Source: Minisyncoccia bacterium (GTDB taxonomy: Bacteria; Patescibacteriota; Minisyncoccia; Phycocordibacterales; UBA6065). Taken from it: DNA of 64,000 nucleotides. The notes under the pieces were generated by a model. The model saw only the letters and a list, made by a program, of their open reading frames with translations, did not search any database and was not told the origin of the DNA. The stretch is from positions 16,701 to 80,700 of the forward strand of contig JBIIJY010000001.1 of assembly GCA_044233485.1 (NCBI GenBank), read 5' to 3'. Made by a program: the position numbers and the translations under genes. This document shows, piece after piece, positions 46,397-56,404 of the stretch. The first letter of the stretch is position 1. Each line of letters opens with the position of its first letter.

Positions 46397-48160
46397 TTAT
46401 TCTATCTCAACTCTGATTGGTTCGGTAATTGACGGAAGGATAATTGGCTTTGATGAAGTACTCTGAACTGGTACCACTTCAGTTTTGGGCTTAAGACCAA
46501 AATATGCCGGTCGATTCTCGTGGATCCATCGCACTGCCTGAATCATCACCGATACTGCTCCTCGATGGGTCGAGTCGGGCCCGCGTTCCATCATCACTAC
46601 GTAGGCATACTGTGGATTATCGTACGGGAAGTATCCTTCAATCCAGGTATTTACGAATCCTTTACGCACACCGACCTCAGCTGTACCCGTCTTACCGGCA
46701 ATTTTTACATATGGAACATTGAGTGATTTGGCTGAACCATCGGTGATTGTCATGCGCATACCCTCTCGAACAACTTGAAGGTATGCGGGAGTAAGGCCGA
46801 GATTTATATCAGCGCTTGTGTCGGTATCTCCGTAGATAAGTGTCGGGGCAACGAGCGTGCCACCATTGGCAATGGCACCAACTGCTCGTACTACTTGTAG
46901 CGGACTCACTTGAAAGCCGTACTGACCGATCGAAGTGAAATACGTATCACCAAGGCGCCACGGGTCATTGTTGAAATTTTTTGCCTTCCACGCCGGATCT
47001 GGCACCGTCCCACTCACCCCAGCGAAAAAACCTCCAGGAGCAACCGGACTACCGAAGCCAAATAGACGAAACGTCTGTGCAAGTTTGGTAATACCTAGAC
47101 CTTTCTGGTCTTCAAAACCTCCACCAATTTCATAAAAATAAACGTTAGATGAAACCGCTATCGCTCGTCGCATGTCTACCCAACCGTGCGCCTTCCAGTC
47201 GTTAAACACCGAAACTTGTCCGGGATTGTAAATGTTTGGTATTGAAATAGATCCAGTACTCAAAATAGCTTTCTCAGGCTTGATTATCTTCTCCACAAGT
47301 GCACCGTATGCGACGTAGGGCTTCATGATCGAACCAGGAGTAAATGCACCGTCAATAGCACGATTCAAGAAAGGCTTCAGCGGATCTGTGATGTATGAGC
47401 CAGTCGACGACGCGCGTCCCATCAAGACATTGGGATTGTATTCTGGGTAATTTGTCAGTGCGACTATCTCGCCAGTATGAATATTCATCAACACTGCCGA
47501 TCCTGAACGATACCCCACTTCAGTAGCGATTGAACGTATCGAGGTGTGGAGCATCGATGTTAGTTCTGCATCGAGAGAAAGTGTGAGTGTTTTTCCGTCT
47601 TGCGGGGGCTCGAGCCGTGACTCAGAGAGCTCTACGCCACGCGCATTCACTTCAACCACTTTTAACCCATCTCGCCCGGTGAGGAGCTGATTATATTCTT
47701 TTTCCACACCGTCGACACCCTCATACAGACTACGAAAATAATTACCCGCACTGTCTTTTGCCGGATAACGGACGAAACCAAGCACATGAGCTACGCCAGG
47801 GAGAGTTGTATATTCGCGACCGGCAAATTCCTCATCAGGAAGTGGGACGTTCCAAGCGAGACGAGTACCAAATCGATCAGTGATGATTCCTCGCTCGGCA
47901 AATACTTTTGTATGTTCGAGACGATTGTTTTCGCTACGCTCACGAAACTCTTCGCCACGATTGATCTGTAGATACCACAGCCGTATCACAAATACTGCCA
48001 CCAGCATACTCACTGCAAAAATAAGAGCACGGTATGAGAATTTCGATAGCGGCATATCGAAACGACCCTCGAGTTGATGCTCGTTTAAATTAGCGAGGTT
48101 TTTGGAATCAATTAACACCTCATCGGGGAATAAATCGACTTCGCGAGCACGTTTCTTCAT
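46397..48160 (-). CDS. mrdA: Penicillin-binding protein 2
   Basis: PGSIMK, SSNVYFY, AGKTGTA; next to mreBC. Confidence 0.9.
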   Translation of the reverse strand: MKKRAREVDLFPDEVLIDSKNLANLNEHQLEGRFDMPLSKFSYRALIFAVSMLVAVFVIRLWYLQINRGEEFRERSENNRLEHTKVFAERGIITDRFGTRLAWNVPLPDEEFAGREYTTLPGVAHVLGFVRYPAKDSAGNYFRSLYEGVDGVEKEYNQLLTGRDGLKVVEVNARGVELSESRLEPPQDGKTLTLSLDAELTSMLHTSIRSIATEVGYRSGSAVLMNIHTGEIVALTNYPEYNPNVLMGRASSTGSYITDPLKPFLNRAIDGAFTPGSIMKPYVAYGALVEKIIKPEKAILSTGSISIPNIYNPGQVSVFNDWKAHGWVDMRRAIAVSSNVYFYEIGGGFEDQKGLGITKLAQTFRLFGFGSPVAPGGFFAGVSGTVPDPAWKAKNFNNDPWRLGDTYFTSIGQYGFQVSPLQVVRAVGAIANGGTLVAPTLIYGDTDTSADINLGLTPAYLQVVREGMRMTITDGSAKSLNVPYVKIAGKTGTAEVGVRKGFVNTWIEGYFPYDNPQYAYVVMMERGPDSTHRGAVSVMIQAVRWIHENRPAYFGLKPKTEVVPVQSTSSKPIILPSITEPIRVEIE

Positions 48161-48164
48161 ATCA

Positions 48165-48446
48165 CTAGTATCTCAAGTCTGCCTTTCGCAACACAAAGGA
48201 TTGTATCGAGAGTGCCACCACAAACAACACTGCCGCACTCAAGGTGAATATCCATCGCTCAAAGAAAGGATATGTTGCGGGTAGATAGAGCGAATCAAGT
48301 ATAAGCGAGATTATAAAAATCTCCACGTAGTAAGGGTGACGCATCAGGGCATAGAGGGCGCCACAGATGACTACCCACCACGGCAAGATAAACAAGGCTA
48401 TACAGAGGACGACGGTAGTGAGAACACGTTTAGCGACGAGTAGCAT
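48165..48446 (-). CDS. Small membrane protein in MreD position
   Basis: Hydrophobic 93 aa ORF between mreC and mrdA. Confidence 0.55.
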   Translation of the reverse strand: MLLVAKRVLTTVVLCIALFILPWWVVICGALYALMRHPYYVEIFIISLILDSLYLPATYPFFERWIFTLSAAVLFVVALSIQSFVLRKADLRY

Positions 48447-49260
48447 GAGTGGTCGTAGAATTACGTGTCGAAACGACGTCAACAAACGAAAGCTCAAGTA
48501 TGTTCTGATCTGGACGAACAGTGTAAGTAAAGACAGGATCAGTTGCTCGGCCACGCTTATCAACTATCGTGCCAAACACCGCACCCTGATTGTCCGGACT
48601 ACGCACTGAGTCTCCGACTGAAAACTCAAGATCACGAGAGAGTTCGAACTCGACATTGCCCGCACCAACTCCCCGCAACTCTACTTGTATGTTACGACTA
48701 CCGATGAGTCCCGTATGCTTCATTCGTGTCGATGAATACAATACTGCCTGCGAAGTCTCTTCACTAACACTACTTATCTCACCGAAAACGAATTTTGAAT
48801 ACATAAGAACGTCGCCCACAGACACACCGGCGCGACTTCCTTGGTCGAGAATAATTGTCTCGACTGGCGAGAGTGGTGGTCGGGCAAGTATACGGGCCGT
48901 GACGGCATGTTTAGAGCCATCTCGAGCGCCGAGTAGTCGCTTAAGCTCTTCATTCTCATCAAAAATGATATCGACGAACTGCATATCAACCGTTCGCTTC
49001 TCCATCTCTTCTTTAAGACGTCTATTCTCCACGAGTAATTCCTGCTTGCTTTGGAGAAGAGCAAAAGCACCACCAAAGAGAAACGAGCTTTCAGCTTTGT
49101 ATTTAAACCCATTCCCCATCACAACAGTAATTACCGACTTGGTGAATGAACCGGCGGCAATGAGAATCGCGAGTACAGAAAAAGTAGCGAGAACAATCCA
49201 AAGCGCTCGAGGCTTACTACGTCGTACATGCTGATTTTTAATTTGAAAATTCCTCATCAC
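48430..49260 (-). CDS. mreC: Rod shape-determining protein MreC
   Basis: TM, coiled coil EN..LK.LL, I.LD.G...GV..G. Confidence 0.88.
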   Translation of the reverse strand: MMRNFQIKNQHVRRSKPRALWIVLATFSVLAILIAAGSFTKSVITVVMGNGFKYKAESSFLFGGAFALLQSKQELLVENRRLKEEMEKRTVDMQFVDIIFDENEELKRLLGARDGSKHAVTARILARPPLSPVETIILDQGSRAGVSVGDVLMYSKFVFGEISSVSEETSQAVLYSSTRMKHTGLIGSRNIQVELRGVGAGNVEFELSRDLEFSVGDSVRSPDNQGAVFGTIVDKRGRATDPVFTYTVRPDQNILELSFVDVVSTRNSTTTHATRR

Positions 49261-50302
49261 TAGGGATTAAGACATCCTGATAACTTGAGAGATTTTCGAT
49301 AATCACCCCCGTGCCACGCACGACCGCCGTCAGCGGATCTTCAGGAATATGCACCGGAACCTTTGTATAGTCTGAAATAATTTTATCAAGACCTTCAATG
49401 AGAGCGCCGCCGCCGATCAGGTACATACCTCGATGCATCACATCACCGAGAATTTCCGGCGGAGTTGTCTCGAGTATTTCTTTCACTGCCTCAATAAGCA
49501 TATTGAGTGCAGGGATAATCGCCTCTCGAATATCACTATCGGTAATCACTACCTCTCGGGGTAAGCCCGTGACCAGATCGCGACCCTTGATTTGCGCTTC
49601 GACTGGTTTGTCTTTTGGAATCACCTTTCCAACTTCTATTTTGAGCCGTTCTGCCGTCTTCAAGCCGATTAAGATTTTAAATTCATTTCGAACGTACGAG
49701 ATAATGTCCGCATTGAGACGGTCACCGGCAATTTTCAGACTCTTCGAGCGGACGATGCCACCAAGCGAGATAACCGCAATGTCAGTCGTCCCCCCACCAA
49801 TATCTACGACCATCGAACCAAGTGGATCATGTACGGGGAGGTTGATTCCAATCGCCCCGGCCATCGGCTGCTCGACGATATATACTTCTCGCGCACCAGC
49901 ACTTCGAGCTGCATCCCGAACAGCACGCGTCTCGACGTTGGTTACCTGACTGGGCACACCGATCACGACTCGCGGGCCAAAGAAACGTTTACGTCCATCA
50001 TTCTCAGCTTTATTCAAAAGATACGCCACCATTTCCTCAGCCACTTCAAAATCAGAGATCACACCATCGACAAGCGGACGGACGACTTCGATATGAGCTG
50101 GTGAGCGTCCGAGCATGTCTTTGGCACTATTACCGACCGCTACCACTCGACCGGTCTTGGTATTGATCGCTACCACTGAAGGCTCATTGATGACGATTCC
50201 TCGACCCTTTACATAGACCAGTGTATTTGCAGTACCAAGATCAATACCAATATCATGGCTGAATTTTTCATACACCCGAGCAATATATTCACTGATCTTC
50301 AT
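49238..50302 (-). CDS. mreB: Rod shape-determining protein MreB
   Basis: IGIDLGTANT, EPSVVA, DIGGGTT. Confidence 0.97.
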   Translation of the reverse strand: MKISEYIARVYEKFSHDIGIDLGTANTLVYVKGRGIVINEPSVVAINTKTGRVVAVGNSAKDMLGRSPAHIEVVRPLVDGVISDFEVAEEMVAYLLNKAENDGRKRFFGPRVVIGVPSQVTNVETRAVRDAARSAGAREVYIVEQPMAGAIGINLPVHDPLGSMVVDIGGGTTDIAVISLGGIVRSKSLKIAGDRLNADIISYVRNEFKILIGLKTAERLKIEVGKVIPKDKPVEAQIKGRDLVTGLPREVVITDSDIREAIIPALNMLIEAVKEILETTPPEILGDVMHRGMYLIGGGALIEGLDKIISDYTKVPVHIPEDPLTAVVRGTGVIIENLSSYQDVLIPSDEEFSN

Positions 50303-50306
50303 GTAT

Positions 50307-51554
50307 TTATCCGAGTTTAGTGTAGACCGATTCTAGAGTGCAGATCACTGCGTCGTTGCCCGTGCGAGCTTTGTACTCCACTCCACCAGCGGCGAGTGAT
50401 TTTTCACTCACGACGACTCGGTGCGGAATGCCGATCATGTCTGCTTCGGCAAACTTCTCTCCTGGGCGCATATCACGATCATCTACCAGCACCTCAAAAC
50501 CTCGTGACTCAAGATCTTTGACGAGAGCTGAGGTAGCTGTCTGTACTGGTTCTGAATCTGAAAGACGAATCACATGCACATCAAATGGCGCAACCTCTGC
50601 TGGCCACACCAGACCTTTCTCATCCGCCAAAAGTTCCACAATCGTTCCCATCACTCGAGCTGGGCCAATACCATAACTTCCCATCACGACAGGTACTGAT
50701 TCGCCTTTTTCATTTTTATACATGAGGCCGAGCGCTTCAGAAAAACGCGTACCGAGTGAGAAAATGTTTCCGACCTCAACGGCTTTTTCTTCACGCAGTT
50801 CAGATTCCTGCACACCAAGATCAGTCAACACTTCTGGAGTGAGTACTTCTTTATTGATCGCGATCTTTTTCCCTTCATGGACATAGACAATGTCCTCTCC
50901 AGCACTGGTGAGCGCCTGAAACTCATGAGAATACTTTGCAAAACTTCCACCAGAGGCAAAGGTAACATACGTCTTATGACCGATTCCGAGGCGATCAAAT
51001 ATTTTTACATAGGCATCGCGCATCTTATCATAGAGCACCTGATGCTCAGCAGTATCTTTGGCGAACGAATAGAGATCCTTCATGATGAACTCACGACTGC
51101 GCATAATACCACTCTTGGCTCGAACTTCATTACGGAACTTTGTCTGAAACTGATACACGAGACGCGGAAGATCCTTATATGACGAAACATATTCTTTGAG
51201 AAGCGGTGTGATTGCCTCTTCGTGAGTAAAACCGAGGCCGAGCTCTGAACCACTGGCAAGCTTTGTCTTGAACCAGTTATCCACCACCTCGTCTGACCAA
51301 CGATTTGTTTTCTGCCAATGTTCAGGATTTTGTAAAGCGGTGAGCAATAACTCCGAGCCACCGACCGCATTCATTTCTTCGCGGATGATTCCAATTATCT
51401 TTGAAAGTACTTTAAGTCCCAGGGGTAGAAACTCATACACACCAGCGAGATGCTTATGTACAAACCCCGCTCGGATCAAGAGCTGTGCGTTCTTTGAGAC
51501 CTCGTCCGCTGGCGCTTCTTTTCGAACTTTAGTGAAGATGGTGCTCTGGAGCAT
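50307..51554 (-). CDS. proS: Proline--tRNA ligase (short, no editing domain)
   Basis: THEE, YQFQTKFRNE.R..G..R.REF.MKD.YSF, EVGNIF.LG, MGSYGIG. Confidence 0.95.
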   Translation of the reverse strand: MLQSTIFTKVRKEAPADEVSKNAQLLIRAGFVHKHLAGVYEFLPLGLKVLSKIIGIIREEMNAVGGSELLLTALQNPEHWQKTNRWSDEVVDNWFKTKLASGSELGLGFTHEEAITPLLKEYVSSYKDLPRLVYQFQTKFRNEVRAKSGIMRSREFIMKDLYSFAKDTAEHQVLYDKMRDAYVKIFDRLGIGHKTYVTFASGGSFAKYSHEFQALTSAGEDIVYVHEGKKIAINKEVLTPEVLTDLGVQESELREEKAVEVGNIFSLGTRFSEALGLMYKNEKGESVPVVMGSYGIGPARVMGTIVELLADEKGLVWPAEVAPFDVHVIRLSDSEPVQTATSALVKDLESRGFEVLVDDRDMRPGEKFAEADMIGIPHRVVVSEKSLAAGGVEYKARTGNDAVICTLESVYTKLG

Positions 51555-51932
51555 TGAAATATAGTTATACAGCTAGTGTACATGAGAACTCTATGTCTGT
51601 TAACTTTACGTACAGGCTAAGTCGCAGGCCTGTAGCAGGTACTTGCTTTTTACTGCGGGCGTGGTATAATAGTGAATGGATGAACCACCCTGCAGGAGGG
51701 GAGACCGCCGAGAGCGGATCCATCCGGACCGGTCAGGTCCGGCTTGCTGACGGGCTCGTCGTATCCGCCCTGGATATGATGAACCCCGAAAAACTCGCAG
51801 CCCTAATATTTGAAGGGCTATTCCCGGGATAACCAGGGAACTATCGAGGCGCCGGCCGTGCAATGCACGTGCCGGCGCTCTTTCATTATTTTGTAGATTT
51901 AAAAAGCGGCGCCCGAAGGGCGCCGCTTTTTC

Positions 51933-53039
51933 TTACCGTACCACTTTAAGAATATCTTTGATTGTAATCACCAGCATCAAAAGCATGAGAAGTCCAAAGC
52001 CAACGATATTTATCCAGTTAATAATCACTGGTTTTATCGATCGACGGATAAGACCCTCCACTGCCACTACGAGCACTCGCCCACCATCAAGCGCCGGGAA
52101 CGGCACCATGTTAAGCACAGCAAGATTGATAGAAATAATCGCTACGAAACCAAACAATTCTGAAAGCCCAGTACTTGCCGCGTCTTTCACGAGTCGTGCA
52201 ATCCCCACTGGTCCAGAAATATTTGAGAAATCACCGTCGCCTTTGAAAGCCTGCATCGCGAAGCCAGCCAACCCTTCAACCGTGCGCACTATACCATAGA
52301 AGGTAGTCTTCACAGCTTCGATCGGAGCTTTATAAAACGGCAGACGGATTCGTGCCACCTCAGTAAGCTCTACACCGATAACAAATCGTTCTCCGACGAG
52401 TTCAGGCGAAGCTGAGACAAAGACATTCTCCTTATTTCGCAACATTTCAAAACCGACCGGACTGCCCTGTGACCCCTGAATCGAGAGACGTACCTGCTCT
52501 GAAGCAGTCGGCGCCTCGACATAGAGTTTACTTGTACTTGCATTAAAGACCTTGAGCACCGCATCTCCTGGTTTTATTCCTGCTCTATGAGCTGGAGTTC
52601 CTGAGGCCACCGCAACAATCACGACTCGAGAGTTCGTAGCATATGGCATTAGATGTGCCTCGGGAACGCGATCAAAACCGATCATGTAACTCACCGTGAA
52701 GAGCATCCAGGCAAAAATCACATTAAATGTAACACCAGCAACGAGTACCGCCACTTGTATCCAGCGACTCTTTGCACCGATAGACCGACTCGCATCAGCA
52801 TCACCACTGGTATTCTCCTCAGGATTCTCGCCATGTATCTTTACATATCCGCCAACTGGGATGAGTCCAATTGAATAGGTAGTCTCCCCTACTTTTTTTG
52901 AATAGATACGCGGAGGAAAACCGACAGCGAACTCATCGACTCGGATTCCAGACTTCTTTGCGACCAAGAAGTGTCCAAGTTCGTGAACAAAGACGAGAAC
53001 CGAGATAACGACAATAAAGAGGAGGATGATGGAGATCAT
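51933..53039 (-). CDS. rseP: Site-2 (M50) membrane zinc protease with PDZ
   Basis: HELGHF, GGYVKI.GE, NL..P.PALDGG. Confidence 0.92.
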   Translation of the reverse strand: MISIILLFIVVISVLVFVHELGHFLVAKKSGIRVDEFAVGFPPRIYSKKVGETTYSIGLIPVGGYVKIHGENPEENTSGDADASRSIGAKSRWIQVAVLVAGVTFNVIFAWMLFTVSYMIGFDRVPEAHLMPYATNSRVVIVAVASGTPAHRAGIKPGDAVLKVFNASTSKLYVEAPTASEQVRLSIQGSQGSPVGFEMLRNKENVFVSASPELVGERFVIGVELTEVARIRLPFYKAPIEAVKTTFYGIVRTVEGLAGFAMQAFKGDGDFSNISGPVGIARLVKDAASTGLSELFGFVAIISINLAVLNMVPFPALDGGRVLVVAVEGLIRRSIKPVIINWINIVGFGLLMLLMLVITIKDILKVVR

Positions 53040-53045
53040 GGTTGA

Positions 53046-53591
53046 TTATGAGCGAATTTCTTTTTCTTTTTTTGCAAACAATTCATCAAGGGCTTTTGTC
53101 GCTTCATCAACATACTTCTGGAGGTCTTTCTCACTTCGCTTAACATCGTCTTCACTGACACCGCCAGCTTTTTTCTGCTTTTCAAGATCCTTCACGACGT
53201 CACCTCGTGTTTGGCGAACCTGAATTTTTGCCTGTTCGAGCTTCTCTTTAGCGAGTTTTACATACTGTTCACGTCGCTCACCAGTGAGCTCAGGGAAAAT
53301 CACTCGCAAACCTTTGTCGTCAGTGACCACTGAGAGGCCGAGATTTGAGCCAATAATGGCACGCTCTACTTCTTTCGCCACTGACATATCCCACGGAGAA
53401 ATACGAAGCGTCCGAGCTTCTTCAATGGTAATACTCCCGACTTGATTGAGAGGAACCATATCTCCATACGAAGATACTTTAACTCCATCGAGAATAGCAG
53501 GGTTTGCTCGGCCGGTTCGGATTCCACCAAATTCAGCCACGAGCCACTCCTGCGATTTCTTTAGTTTTTCTTTAACAGTATTTGGATTCAT
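53046..53591 (-). CDS. frr: Ribosome recycling factor
   Basis: IRTGRANP..LD, P.LT.ERR, KEKEI. Confidence 0.96.
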   Translation of the reverse strand: MNPNTVKEKLKKSQEWLVAEFGGIRTGRANPAILDGVKVSSYGDMVPLNQVGSITIEEARTLRISPWDMSVAKEVERAIIGSNLGLSVVTDDKGLRVIFPELTGERREQYVKLAKEKLEQAKIQVRQTRGDVVKDLEKQKKAGGVSEDDVKRSEKDLQKYVDEATKALDELFAKKEKEIRS

Positions 53592-53610
53592 AGGCTTATA
53601 TCATAGCATA

Positions 53611-54267
53611 TTAGTCATCTTTTCGAAGGACTTGCTTCATGACTGGTAGTACATGGTCGGAGACAATTTTACGATAACCATCGGCGTTCGGATGGATCTG
53701 ATCGGCGATCTTAAGACTAGAATTGAGAGCTACCCCTTCAAGAAAGTACTCGATGAAAGGCACGTCGTACTCCTCAGCCAATCTCGGATAGAGTTCGTTA
53801 AAGGCAGGACGATCCGCACTCCCAAGCTTGATCGAACGCATACCTCCAAGTACCACTAGCACTTTTTCTGCTTGAAGGCGCTCAATGAGTGTTCGCATAT
53901 TGGCTTCAGTCTGCCCGACCGGTACATTTCTGAGCATATCGTTACCTCCCAGAACAAGAATCACGACTTCTGGTTTTTCATCAATGACTTCATCGAGGCG
54001 CTTGAGAGCGTCGGCGGTAGTGTCACCACTCACCCCTTTGTTCACAAGTGTATAGCGATACCCTCGTGTGCGGAGCTCCTCTGTGAGGAGTGCAGGATAG
54101 CTCTCACTTTCACTCACACCGTAGCCAGCAGTCAAACTATCCCCAAAAGCCACCACGACTCCCGTTCGGCGATGAGGATTTGGCGAGTAGCGAGAAGATC
54201 CAACAAAGTGCCAGAGTATTCCGGCAACAAGTACAGCACTACACACCCAGATTATTTTCTCTTTCAT
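53611..54267 (-). CDS. GDSL/SGNH arylesterase (TesA-like)
   Basis: FGDSLTAGYG, N.GVSGDTT, GGND, D.IHPN. Confidence 0.93.
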   Translation of the reverse strand: MKEKIIWVCSAVLVAGILWHFVGSSRYSPNPHRRTGVVVAFGDSLTAGYGVSESESYPALLTEELRTRGYRYTLVNKGVSGDTTADALKRLDEVIDEKPEVVILVLGGNDMLRNVPVGQTEANMRTLIERLQAEKVLVVLGGMRSIKLGSADRPAFNELYPRLAEEYDVPFIEYFLEGVALNSSLKIADQIHPNADGYRKIVSDHVLPVMKQVLRKDD

Positions 54268-54284
54268 ACAGATATCAGTGTACC

Positions 54285-55541
54285 CTAAAATACATTTCCC
54301 ATGCAGGGCAGAGACAGCGGACGAGTCTTGCTGTACGAGGACACTTCACCGCCCTTCTTATTTTGCACCACGAGACTAGCCAGACTTGAAGCCATGACCA
54401 CACTGTAGGCACCAAAACGATGATCTAGAGTATCTGTGATTTGGTGAACTTGATCATGCACCTCTGCCTTTTTAGAATAGCCAAATAAATCCTGTCCAAA
54501 CCCAGTGGAGACTAAATCGCTGCAAGTGATACCTGTCGCTTTCACTGTTACTGCCTGAGTACACAGAGAAGTAAAAGCGCGTCTCACGATCTGAAGTATT
54601 GGTTCTGGTGAACATGTCGGAACAATGCATTTCCAGGCGCGAGTGATAAAACGACCTTCTTTTGTTTTAAGAAAAATTGAAAACTGTCGGGTAACAAGTT
54701 TTTGCTTGCGCAATGTTTTACAAGCATTCTCAATATTTTTTGAAAGCTCGGCATAGATATACGACTCTTCCGAACTTGTAAACCCAAACGAGCGAGTGTT
54801 TGAAATAGATTTCTGCGGTTCATATTCCGATGAAAACAGTAAAACTGATTCTCCTCTCAGCTCGTGCCAAATCTCACAGAATGGTTTAGAGAGAGCCTGG
54901 TACACCCATTCTCGACTACGACTTACGAAATCCTGTGCGGTACTGATCCCGTACCCGCGTAATTTTTGTGAAGTCTCTCCGCCGATTCCCCACACACTAC
55001 CGATATCCAGACACGAGAGTACACCCGCACTCTTCTCGAGAGGTAGATAGGTAAAACCATTCGGCTTGCGTTGCTTTGAAGCGACCTTCGCTAAAACTTT
55101 TGAGCACGAAATACCACATGTCACCGTAATCCCGAGTTCACGATGAATATCGTTTTGTATATTACGTGCACAAGTGAGCACAGAATCTACAGAAGTAAAC
55201 CGAGAATCGAACCAAGCAAAACACTCATCAATACTATAACGCTCAATGTACGGAGTATATCGTTCGACGATACGAAACATCCGTTCAGAAAATAATTCAT
55301 ACAAGTGAAAGTTGGAGGGGAGGATAATCACCTGCGGAAACAACTTCCTAATCTGGAAAGACGGCATCGCTCGCACCACCCCGAGTCTTTTGGCTTCATA
55401 GCTCATCGCGCAGGCGATACCTCGATCACCACCGACCACGACCGGCTTACCGACGAGTTCACGCCGTAGAGCTACTTCCACACTGGCGAAAAACGCATCT
55501 CCGTCGAGATGGAGAATCCATGGAGAGAATGTATTCTTCAT
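54285..55541 (-). CDS. dinB: Y-family DNA polymerase IV
   Basis: HLDGDAFFASVE, SYEAK..GV, SIDE, LAKVAS...KP.G. Confidence 0.92.
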   Translation of the reverse strand: MKNTFSPWILHLDGDAFFASVEVALRRELVGKPVVVGGDRGIACAMSYEAKRLGVVRAMPSFQIRKLFPQVIILPSNFHLYELFSERMFRIVERYTPYIERYSIDECFAWFDSRFTSVDSVLTCARNIQNDIHRELGITVTCGISCSKVLAKVASKQRKPNGFTYLPLEKSAGVLSCLDIGSVWGIGGETSQKLRGYGISTAQDFVSRSREWVYQALSKPFCEIWHELRGESVLLFSSEYEPQKSISNTRSFGFTSSEESYIYAELSKNIENACKTLRKQKLVTRQFSIFLKTKEGRFITRAWKCIVPTCSPEPILQIVRRAFTSLCTQAVTVKATGITCSDLVSTGFGQDLFGYSKKAEVHDQVHQITDTLDHRFGAYSVVMASSLASLVVQNKKGGEVSSYSKTRPLSLPCMGNVF

Positions 55542-55550
55542 ACTGAAGTT

Positions 55551-55715
55551 CTAGAGATACAAAGTAAAAGAGAAAAAGCGATTGGTGACTTTCCACTCCC
55601 TAACTACTTTTGTGCACGATGAGATGCAGAGTCGGAAATTTCGACGATACTCTGGGTATAGGAACCCGCTATCACGACCGACGAATTCATTGAGACGTTT
55701 TTTGTGTACAAACAT
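55551..55715 (-). CDS. Putative 54 aa protein between lexA and dinB (below ORF-track cutoff)
   Basis: ATG 1 nt after lexA stop; stop 9 nt before dinB start. Confidence 0.5.
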   Translation of the reverse strand: MFVHKKRLNEFVGRDSGFLYPEYRRNFRLCISSCTKVVREWKVTNRFFSFTLYL

Positions 55716-55716
55716 A

Positions 55717-56286
55717 TTATTTGGAGTATTTACGTATCACCGCTTTTACTACCGCCACGACCTTGAGCTCTCCTTCTGGGTAGATATCATCATAGTCTTC
55801 ATTGGCTGCCTCGAGATAGACTCGTCCGCTTGGATCTTTGCGGTAATACTTCATCGTGTATTCACCATCGACATCAGCGATCACTATCTCTCCAAGCCGA
55901 GGTGCACGGCCTCGCTCGACGATCACCATGTCTCCTTCCACGATACCTGCATCTTTCATCGAGAGACCTTTTACTTTGAGCATGTAGGTAGCTTCAGGTT
56001 TTTCGACAAGCCACTCATCAAGGCTCATCGTATCATCGAGAGTTTCTTCTGCTGGCGAAGGAAACCCAGCTTCCACAAGACCAAGCATCTTCAAATTTCC
56101 AAAACTTTTCGGGACGAGCCGTCCGAGAGAGTCTTTAGCTACGAGCCCTTCTTCAAGCATTTTTTGCACGAGTCGGAAGACCGCATTTTTAGACTTGAGC
56201 CCGAGAAGCTCGCCGATCTCAGAGTAGCTCGGCATACGCTTTGACTCACGATAGAAAGCAAATATTTTTTGAAAGCGATCATTCAT
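55717..56286 (-). CDS. lexA: LexA repressor (S24 peptidase with HTH)
   Basis: PSYSEI...LG.KS..AV HTH, AG cleavage site in VEAGFPSP, V.G.SM, TMK. Confidence 0.9.
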   Translation of the reverse strand: MNDRFQKIFAFYRESKRMPSYSEIGELLGLKSKNAVFRLVQKMLEEGLVAKDSLGRLVPKSFGNLKMLGLVEAGFPSPAEETLDDTMSLDEWLVEKPEATYMLKVKGLSMKDAGIVEGDMVIVERGRAPRLGEIVIADVDGEYTMKYYRKDPSGRVYLEAANEDYDDIYPEGELKVVAVVKAVIRKYSK

Positions 56287-56297
56287 AGTTTTGAGTA

Positions 56298-56319
56298 TAG
56301 GTGAACAATCGTTCACCTA
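56298..56319. promoter_or_regulatory. Putative LexA operator in lexA promoter
   Basis: Perfect palindrome TAGGTGAAC-AATC-GTTCACCTA between -35 and TATACT -10. Confidence 0.85.
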
Positions 56320-56404
56320 CAAGAGCTGAGTGTGGATAAGCTCAGGAACTTCTTATATAAAAAGCCCGGAATCAAAATTCCGGGCTCTGTAAAACGTGTG
56401 GGGT

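Noticed and set aside
51720-51760. SRP RNA (TCAGGTCCGG)
   Set aside because: The required following GAAGGAAGCAGC motif is absent.
55582-56244. 220 aa plus-strand ORF
   Set aside because: Antisense to lexA with no recognisable features.
19009-56286. Alternative genetic code (TGA recoded)
   Set aside because: Core genes are full length in the standard code, and TGA ends genes at sensible positions such as the ftsI/murF overlap.
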